A stretch of DNA of 64,000 nucleotides, from contig CAYHBD010000028.1 of NCBI GenBank assembly GCA_964354805.1, positions 3,186-67,185 of the forward strand. The letters are read 5' to 3'. Positions 53,021 to 59,758 of the stretch are shown piece by piece; position 1 is the first letter of the stretch; every line of letters begins with the position of its first letter. Under the pieces are notes generated by a model. The model had not been told where the DNA came from, ran no database searches, and saw only the letters and a program-made list of their open reading frames with translations. The translations under genes were made by a program, and so were the position numbers. The DNA is from an uncultured archaeon. Its GTDB lineage: Archaea; Iainarchaeota; Iainarchaeia; Iainarchaeales; GCA-2688035.

Positions 53021-53686
53021 CTAGGCAAAGTTCGCCAGAAAAATCATTTCGGCGTGGATTGCCCAGTGGATGAAGAAAGCTGGCAGGAAGCTTTTTGCTT
53101 TTAATGCAATCTGGCCAAGCAGCAGTGCAGCGAAAAATGATGCAATAACCTCTGCGCCAGGTTTTCCCATGTGGAACAATGCAAATGGGATTGCGTGCAC
53201 TGGCAGGGCTGTTGGCCCTATTTTTTTAGCCAAGCCGAACAGAATGAAGCCCCTGAAGAAGAATTCCCAGAAGAACAAGAGCGCGCCGTGAAACGCTTCA
53301 AAATAGAGAAAGTCTGTGGCGGTTGCAATTGTTTTGATCGAATAATATGCCCGAACATCGGGCAGAGCGTAAGCGATTGCGATTGCAGGCGCCAGCAGAA
53401 GGGAGAAGACAATTGAATAAATTATTACTTTCTTTTTTATCCCGAAAGAAATCCCGAAATTTTTAATGGGCGCCCTGAAAACAACCAGGATTATTGCAAG
53501 GGGAATTGCCCCATAAAAAACCGCTGAATTAACCAAAGTTGGCAATTGGCTGAATCCTATGGCGAACGGAAGGAAGAAGGAAAGGAAGAGCAGCAGCCAC
53601 AGGCGCCAGTCAATTCCTTGGAAATCAAAAATTTCCCTGATTGCTTTGAAAAGCATTTTGGCGCCAAGGGTTAAGTAATTTGGCAA
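53021..53686 (-). CDS. CPBP-family (CAAX/Abi) intramembrane metalloprotease
   Basis: WEFFFRGF (EExxxR-like), FALFH and FIHWAIH motifs in TM helices. Confidence 0.75.
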   Translation of the reverse strand: MPNYLTLGAKMLFKAIREIFDFQGIDWRLWLLLFLSFFLPFAIGFSQLPTLVNSAVFYGAIPLAIILVVFRAPIKNFGISFGIKKKVIIYSIVFSLLLAPAIAIAYALPDVRAYYSIKTIATATDFLYFEAFHGALLFFWEFFFRGFILFGLAKKIGPTALPVHAIPFALFHMGKPGAEVIASFFAALLLGQIALKAKSFLPAFFIHWAIHAEMIFLANFA

Positions 53687-53789
53687 GCTTTAAAAAGCCT
53701 TTCTTCAAAGAATTTTCTATAAAAGGGCTTAAAGCAAATAACTGCTTTTTTTAAATGAATTTTTTGATTGCAATTTAGAGTGGTTTTGT

Positions 53790-54524
53790 ATGGGTTTGAG
53801 GCCAGGGCACTGCTACGCCAGCAAAAAGGACAGGGCTTTCACGCGTTTTGCCCAGACAGTGCCGGACAAAAACTATATGGGCGCTATGCCAGGCCTTAAA
53901 ACAAGGCAGTTTAACATGGGCAACTCAAAAAAGCAGTTCTCGCACATTCTTGACCTCATTGTTGAAGAGCACGTTCAGATCAGGGACAACGCAATCGAGA
54001 GCGCGAGAATAACAATTAACAGGTTCCTGCAGAGAAAGCTTGGCGTGGAAGGCTATTTCATGAGGATAAGGGTTTACCCTTTCCACGTGCTCAGGGAGAA
54101 CAGGCAGGCGCAGGGAGCAGGCGCTGACCGTGTTTCCCAGGGAATGAGCCTTTCTTTTGGCACATCAATCGGAAGGGCGGTAAGAACCAGGCCAGGCCAA
54201 AAAATAATCAGTGTTCTTGTTGACGAGCAAAATATTCCAATAGCAAAGCAGGCTTTGCTCAGGGCAAACGCAAGGATTGCGGCAAAACTGCACGTTCAAA
54301 TCGGGACAGATGTTGAGAGCATTGGGACAAGGCCAAAGGAAATAAAGGAAATTGTCGAAGAAAAGCCAAAGGAAGCAGCGGAGAAAGAAGCGGCAAAAGA
54401 AGGCAAAAAGCCAGCTGAAGGAGAAAAGGCGGCTGAAGGCAAAAAGCCAGCCACAGCAAAAGGACAGGAAGCAAAGAAACCAGAGGAAAAAAAAGAAGCC
54501 GCCCCAAAAGCAAAAAAGAAATAA
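53790..54524 (+). CDS. rpl10e: ribosomal protein L10e (uL16) with ~70-aa Lys/Glu/Ala-rich C-terminal extension
   Basis: N-terminus MGLRPGHCYASKKDRAFTRF.. and MRIRVYPFHVLRENR. Tail KEIVEEKPKEAAEKEAAKEGKKPAEGEKAAEGKKPATAKGQEAKKPEEKKEAAPKAKKK. Confidence 0.9.
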   Translation: MGLRPGHCYASKKDRAFTRFAQTVPDKNYMGAMPGLKTRQFNMGNSKKQFSHILDLIVEEHVQIRDNAIESARITINRFLQRKLGVEGYFMRIRVYPFHVLRENRQAQGAGADRVSQGMSLSFGTSIGRAVRTRPGQKIISVLVDEQNIPIAKQALLRANARIAAKLHVQIGTDVESIGTRPKEIKEIVEEKPKEAAEKEAAKEGKKPAEGEKAAEGKKPATAKGQEAKKPEEKKEAAPKAKKK

Positions 54525-54617
54525 AAAAAATTAAACTTAAAAAAAAGAAAGCCTTGTGAAAGAAAAAGCCTTTTTTCCCTTTTGGGAAAAAAAGTGAAGC
54601 GAGCCTGTAACCTGGGT

Positions 54618-55262
54618 TCAAATAAGAGAAATAATATCGGTTGGAAAGTAGGTATTAAAACCCAGAGTGGGGTAAATTAAATCTTGTATATGGATGGTTG
54701 TCGTTTCACGACTTGCTTTTGTTCTTTTTCCTACCACTAAACATGTTTCTGTTGTGCAAAAATAAAATGGCGCGTATTTATTTTTTTGCAGCAGATAGGT
54801 GGCGTCAGCTAAAATCTTTATATCATTATCACTCCATCTTTTGTCCATTGGAATTTTGTTTTCACTTATGAGAGTTGTATGTAAGGGTATGACTTTTTCT
54901 TTTTTTATTTTGTCCCGTTGTTCCACGTCGATAGGGGGCTTGTCAACCATTTCCAAAAAATCTTTTAATCGCTTTCGAGCCTTGTTTCTAATCAATGAAA
55001 TAAAATCCAAATAGCCTTCGGTGGCATTTCTGGTTTTTTCAATAGAGTCTTCAACTACTTTATCAATTTTGTTTTCGCATTCATCAAAAACAGTCAAAGA
55101 CTCAATGACTCGGGCGCCCCCCTTTTGTATGGCTTGAATTAATACTCTAAAAAAGGGCTCAAGTCTTTGGTAATGCGGGTGTTCAATCACTTTGCCATCA
55201 GGGTAATCTATTTTAACCGAATAAATAAGTATGACATTAGAATCTAAAAAAATGTAGGTCAT
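54618..55262 (-). CDS. PIN-like nuclease-domain protein with a long helical insert
   Basis: MTYIFLDSNVILIY (first Asp), VFDECE, SDNDIKILADATYLL and FCTTETCLV follow the order of PIN acidic positions. 214 aa, AT-rich. Confidence 0.5.
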   Translation of the reverse strand: MTYIFLDSNVILIYSVKIDYPDGKVIEHPHYQRLEPFFRVLIQAIQKGGARVIESLTVFDECENKIDKVVEDSIEKTRNATEGYLDFISLIRNKARKRLKDFLEMVDKPPIDVEQRDKIKKEKVIPLHTTLISENKIPMDKRWSDNDIKILADATYLLQKNKYAPFYFCTTETCLVVGKRTKASRETTTIHIQDLIYPTLGFNTYFPTDIISLI

Positions 55263-55756
55263 TAAAATTCTTGTCCAATTTCTTCGTTCAAAATAGCAAC
55301 CGCTTTGGAGATAATGTCTTTCGGAATTTTTTTGACGACGGCATCAAACTCGGTTAAATAATTTTTCCCGCTTTCTTGCAATTGTATTGAGCAATTTTTT
55401 GATTTGATTTTAAAGTTGTCAATATTAAAACTTTTTTTACTCATACTTGAATCAATTTCGTTTACCAGATTTACAGCATCTTCAACGGCTTGCAAAGTTG
55501 GCAAAGCGTAGTCAATTACTTTTGGGTTATCGCTGGGTGAAGCGCTTGCCACAATCCTTGCATAATTCTCCAAAATATCTGCACTCAATCGAAGGCAATC
55601 ATAGGTATCCAGTAACTTTGGTTCTTTAATAACACGATTAACCAATGCTCTCTTTTTTTGCTTAACACAATCTCTAAAAGACCCTATTGCCGATAAATAA
55701 TTTTTGTCGATTTTTCTTGTTTTTTTTGAAATTTCAACAAAGCTAAATTTTTCCAT
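55262..55756 (-). CDS. orphan helical protein, upstream partner of the PIN-like gene
   Basis: GGGTGGAAGA then ATG at 55756, in frame with tracked ORF 55262-55843. Its stop overlaps the PIN-like start (TAATG). A TATA-like TTATTTAAAT lies upstream. Confidence 0.5.
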   Translation of the reverse strand: MEKFSFVEISKKTRKIDKNYLSAIGSFRDCVKQKKRALVNRVIKEPKLLDTYDCLRLSADILENYARIVASASPSDNPKVIDYALPTLQAVEDAVNLVNEIDSSMSKKSFNIDNFKIKSKNCSIQLQESGKNYLTEFDAVVKKIPKDIISKAVAILNEEIGQEF

Positions 55757-55934
55757 TCTTCCACCCAATTTCAATTTAAATAACACAGCCCACATATAAA
55801 AACTTTTGCACAGGGTTAAAAAAACAACCACCCGTAACGACAATTAGCGAATAAAGAGTTTTTATGCTTTAACGGCAGGACAATTCAAATCACTTCTGCC
55901 ACAATTCCTTGAGCGAGTTAAACTAAACAAAGCA

Positions 55935-58385
55935 TCAGCTAGCTTTAATTCCATACTTATACGCCAAGCGTCTCCAGATATTATATTGAAATTCAGGTAA
56001 CACGTTCCCTCTTTCTTCTGCCATTTCATTGATTTCAACCCATTTCTGCGCATCATTATATTCTTCTTCAATGCTATCAAAAGATTCGCCTTCAGAAATC
56101 TCAATTATTTTTGGAACCGACACCAATTTTCCACTTGTGGCATAATCCCCTTGGTCATCTGTTGGAATTGAAGGCACTGTTGTTTCAATAAAACAATATC
56201 CGCTTGGTTTTGAAATGTATGGGGGCGGGCATAGAGTAGAAATTTCATTTATTCCTACAGAACTGCATGACCCTTTCCAGAGGTTTAAACTGTAGGCGTC
56301 TGGGCATTTTATGCCAACTGCAAGGTGGTTATCCGCTTCATATTCTAGAACTGCTGCACCAAAACCTAACTCCCTTAACAAAAGAGCCAATAACCTCGAC
56401 TTCTCAGCGCAAACCCCCTGCTTTTCATAAAGCACTTCATATGGATATCGATTATTCAAAGTGTCTGTTTCAACACCTATTGTGTCATAGGGTATATTCT
56501 GCACTAAGCTTATTGCAATCCTGGCTTGCTCATCTCTTTCTTCTGTTTTGCCACGTATAAGTTCCACTAATTTACCTACTTCACCTATTTGATGTTCTTC
56601 ATCGAGGAATCTTAATTCGAGTGATTCATCTGTAGGATAATCATCGGGATAATAGCTTCTGAGTTTTGCTGCTAAATAATCACTTAGCCCCTTATAAACA
56701 GTAAATATTATGTCATCAGTATTTCCTCTAACAGTATATTCAAACTCTCTTTCAGTTTGCCCTTTAAGATAAATTGATATGCATTCATCTCTGATAGGTT
56801 CTTCTTCTTCGGAGCAACCGCAAATGCTTGCTTTTGGCAATAAATTCCCGTCTTCACAATAGAGTGGTTTGTTAGAGTTACATTCATCGTATTCGGTTCC
56901 ATCAGAGCATCTTCTTATTTTTACGCAAAGGTTATTTTTATTTTTGTAGTCAGGAGGACAACTGAAAATAGATGCATCAATGGAAATTTCGTCACTTGGT
57001 CTTCTGAATTCAAACTGGGGCATTTCAATTGGAACGCATTTGGGTGAAATTAAAAAATTCTCAAATTCCACGCAAAGAGTGTATGTCTGCTTTTCAATTG
57101 AATACTTATATTGAGAATCTGCCTCTTCAACCAACTTAAAAGCCCCGATTGCAAACTCTGGTTTTTCAACACAGTCTCCAACTTTTTTACAAGTGAGGTC
57201 AGCCACTTTTTTTCCGCTCTGATTCTTGAGATAAACTTCTTTTGCCTCATCTCTTAATGTATACTCAATTCTAGCCGCTACTTTGAGTGGTGATTCGCTT
57301 GTTACTTTATACATCTGCCCTTTCGTTGCTTCAATATGAGGGGCTAAAATAAAACTGAGCAAAAAAGCAATTGCCACAAGAAACACAAGAAGAATAACTG
57401 GAACTATAACTTTTTTTGACCCAAATCGGTTTAGAACTGTGCTTTTATCCCTTTTTACTGGTTCATGTTTACCGGGCTTTTGTTTAAGTATTTCTTTTTC
57501 AGTTGAAGCCCATTCGCGGGTGTGCTGTGGTTGGACTGCTGGCGGTTCGTGTCGTTCCCTTTTGCGTTCTTCTTCTAAATGTTCTTTGTATTCTTTTATT
57601 TTTTTGCGCTCGATTTCTTTTGTTTCAGCTAGTCTTGCTTTTGCCTCTTCGCTGTCTACTTCTTCGCAGTATTCTTCGTCAGCTTCTTGTTCTTCTTTTG
57701 GGTAGTATCTTTGCCATAAACCCAGTTCTTTCAATCTTTCTTCTTTTTCTTTTTTAGTTCTGTATTCATCTGAATATTCAATGCATGGGTGGCCCCCTTC
57801 TTTGTGATAGGATTCATCTAAAATTCTATCTTTGGGAGAATATAATACTAAACTTAACATTGCAGGCGCTTTTGGTTCTCGATGCTTTAAGCAGTATGCT
57901 TGTTTACATAACTTACATGGTTTGAGCCCTTTCTTTTTTTCACAAGGATAATAACTACACTCTTTTTTGTTGGCTTTGTGTTTTGGTATCTCTTTGGTTT
58001 TTTCAATCCAGGCATTGCCATTAATTACCGCTACACCTGAAGGAGGCCGCCAGTGCTTTTGCATTATTGAATCTATTGTTAAATATAACACGGAATTATG
58101 TTCAGGGTTTCTTACATGGGCCACTTCGTGTATTGCTGTGTTTTCAACCCCCTCCATCGGCAGCCATTTCAGAGTCTTTAGTGAAATACAAATTATCGGT
58201 GGTTCTTCATCCAAGTGAATGTGCGCTATTTCTTGCCCTGTGTCTGCAGGGCAATATGCTTTCCAGAAACGGATTCTGACAGAATAAATGCCGAGGTCTG
58301 CCATTGCCCTTTCAACAAATTCTTTAAATTTTTGCTCTTTTTCCTTAAGCAATTTCTCATTAAGCCTGTCATAAGCGTCAACCAT
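55935..58385 (-). CDS. transmembrane multidomain protein: cytoplasmic DUF45/SprT-like zincin + Cys/His zinc finger + charged coiled coil, one TM helix, extracellular Cys-rich region + transglutaminase-like core
   Basis: HEVAHVRNPEH (HExxHx5H). CSYYPCEKKKGLKPCKLCKQAYCLKH. TM helix VIVPVILLVFLVAIAFLLSFILA. GVCAEKSRLLALLLRELGFGAAVLEYEADNHLAVGI (Cys..His of the transglutaminase-like fold). 816 aa. Confidence 0.6.
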   Translation of the reverse strand: MVDAYDRLNEKLLKEKEQKFKEFVERAMADLGIYSVRIRFWKAYCPADTGQEIAHIHLDEEPPIICISLKTLKWLPMEGVENTAIHEVAHVRNPEHNSVLYLTIDSIMQKHWRPPSGVAVINGNAWIEKTKEIPKHKANKKECSYYPCEKKKGLKPCKLCKQAYCLKHREPKAPAMLSLVLYSPKDRILDESYHKEGGHPCIEYSDEYRTKKEKEERLKELGLWQRYYPKEEQEADEEYCEEVDSEEAKARLAETKEIERKKIKEYKEHLEEERKRERHEPPAVQPQHTREWASTEKEILKQKPGKHEPVKRDKSTVLNRFGSKKVIVPVILLVFLVAIAFLLSFILAPHIEATKGQMYKVTSESPLKVAARIEYTLRDEAKEVYLKNQSGKKVADLTCKKVGDCVEKPEFAIGAFKLVEEADSQYKYSIEKQTYTLCVEFENFLISPKCVPIEMPQFEFRRPSDEISIDASIFSCPPDYKNKNNLCVKIRRCSDGTEYDECNSNKPLYCEDGNLLPKASICGCSEEEEPIRDECISIYLKGQTEREFEYTVRGNTDDIIFTVYKGLSDYLAAKLRSYYPDDYPTDESLELRFLDEEHQIGEVGKLVELIRGKTEERDEQARIAISLVQNIPYDTIGVETDTLNNRYPYEVLYEKQGVCAEKSRLLALLLRELGFGAAVLEYEADNHLAVGIKCPDAYSLNLWKGSCSSVGINEISTLCPPPYISKPSGYCFIETTVPSIPTDDQGDYATSGKLVSVPKIIEISEGESFDSIEEEYNDAQKWVEINEMAEERGNVLPEFQYNIWRRLAYKYGIKAS

Positions 58386-58390
58386 TCAAA

Positions 58391-58921
58391 TCACTTCTTC
58401 GGCATTTCTTTAATATCTTCATTCGTTTGAGGTTTATTCCAGGATATTGGAATTAGTTTGCCTTTTGCATCCCAAGCTTCTGGAGCTCTAAAATGAGCCC
58501 TTACCACATTATCATTTGCTTTAAATTTCGAATCAATTGTGTGAACTTCACGAAAGAGATAATAGCAAATGCCAAAAAAGAAAATACATACTAGACCATA
58601 GATTAACGCACTGTCAAAGTCAACAATGAAAAACCCGCGTTCAGGATTCCAGTTCAAAATTCTGCTTTTGAAATCCCACACCCCACTTGCAAGAACATTG
58701 CCAACAACACCAAGAAGGATTCCCAAAATTAGAAAAAAATACTCTCTTCGCAAATTGAACCATTTTTTTGCTTCATTCTCTGCTTTCTCAATTTCTGGCG
58801 GAATCCGGTTCATTAACAAATTACTTCCTTTTAGGCATTTCTTTAATCCGCAATTGCCTTTCGCCGCTTGGGCAAACAATGAGCTTCTGTCCTTTTCCAA
58901 CCGTTTTATTTTTTTTAACAT
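58391..58921 (-). CDS. two-TM membrane protein, translationally coupled to the downstream 816-aa gene
   Basis: 176 aa. TM helices FFLILGILLGVVGNVLA and ALIYGLVCIFFFGICYYL. Its TGA lies 5 nt before the next ATG. Confidence 0.55.
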   Translation of the reverse strand: MLKKIKRLEKDRSSLFAQAAKGNCGLKKCLKGSNLLMNRIPPEIEKAENEAKKWFNLRREYFFLILGILLGVVGNVLASGVWDFKSRILNWNPERGFFIVDFDSALIYGLVCIFFFGICYYLFREVHTIDSKFKANDNVVRAHFRAPEAWDAKGKLIPISWNKPQTNEDIKEMPKK

Positions 58922-58961
58922 TTCCTTTCTACTATAATCTTTTGATTCGTAATCTTTTTAA

Positions 58962-59654
58962 CTACTTTTTCTTGGCAGGCTTTCGCTTCTGCTTTCCAGC
59001 AGGTTCTTTAAATTCCTCGGGCTCTGGCTCGGGCTCTTCCTCAAAATCATCTTCGCCCCCAATTTCTTCTTCACTGTCTTCCTCTTCAGATTCCTCAAGC
59101 TCTTTCTTCCCTTTGCCATCTTCTAAATCTTCCTCTTCGGCTTCCTCTTCTAAATCTTCCTCTTCAGGCTCTTCCCCAGATTCTTCTTCCCCCTCTTCAA
59201 ATTCCTCTTCCTGCTCTTCCTCTGCGCTCTCTTCTTCGGGCTCTTCTTCAACAACGCGCTTTTTCTTTTTCACAACAGCAGGAACTTTTCTTTTAACAAC
59301 ATTTGGCTTTTGGGGCACCACGCGCTTTTTAATCGGTGCTTCTTCCTCGACTTCCTCTTCCAGTTCTTCCTCAATCGGCTCTTCGCCCTCTTCTTCAAAT
59401 TCCTCTTCTTCCTTAAGCGGCTCTTCCTCTGCGCCCTCTTCTTCAATTTCTTGCGCAACCGCTGCTTTTTTCCTCAGTTTCCTGAAAACGTAAAAGAACA
59501 GGATTGCGAGCGCTGCAACGATTATGATTGTGTCAGGGCTAGGCCACCACTCAAGCACAAACAAAACATACAGTATCAGGAAAACAGGAATGAAAACAAA
59601 CAAAATAGCCATTCCTGCCAAACGCTTTTCAGGCGTGCTTTTGTGCTCCCTCAT
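58962..59654 (-). CDS. membrane-anchored protein with a poly-Glu tail interrupted by two basic KKRVV-type patches
   Basis: Two N-terminal TM helices, then EEEGAEEEPLKEEEEFEEEGEE..IKKRVVPQKPNVVKRKVPAVVKKKKRVVEEEPEEE... The antisense Ser-rich ORF is judged an artefact. Confidence 0.55.
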   Translation of the reverse strand: MREHKSTPEKRLAGMAILFVFIPVFLILYVLFVLEWWPSPDTIIIVAALAILFFYVFRKLRKKAAVAQEIEEEGAEEEPLKEEEEFEEEGEEPIEEELEEEVEEEAPIKKRVVPQKPNVVKRKVPAVVKKKKRVVEEEPEEESAEEEQEEEFEEGEEESGEEPEEEDLEEEAEEEDLEDGKGKKELEESEEEDSEEEIGGEDDFEEEPEPEPEEFKEPAGKQKRKPAKKK

Positions 59655-59758
59655 GCGAAAATAAAGAGCAGCAAACTGTATTTAATTTTTCCTTTTTTGT
59701 TAAGGGGCATTAAAAGTTAATTTATTAAACAAAAAAGCCATCTAATTATGGGTTTGTT

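Noticed and set aside
54590-54625. tRNA T-arm-like fragment (CCTGGGTTCAAAT) at the left edge of the AT-rich island, as a possible att site
   Set aside because: No complementary T-stem or acceptor strand, and no matching direct repeat found by eye at the right edge (59655-59758).
58768-59493. 241-aa Ser-rich plus-strand ORF
   Set aside because: It is the antisense of the poly-Glu gene (GAA/GAG read backwards gives TTC/CTC and Ser-rich frames). The minus-strand reading has an ATG, two TM helices and fits the co-directional island.
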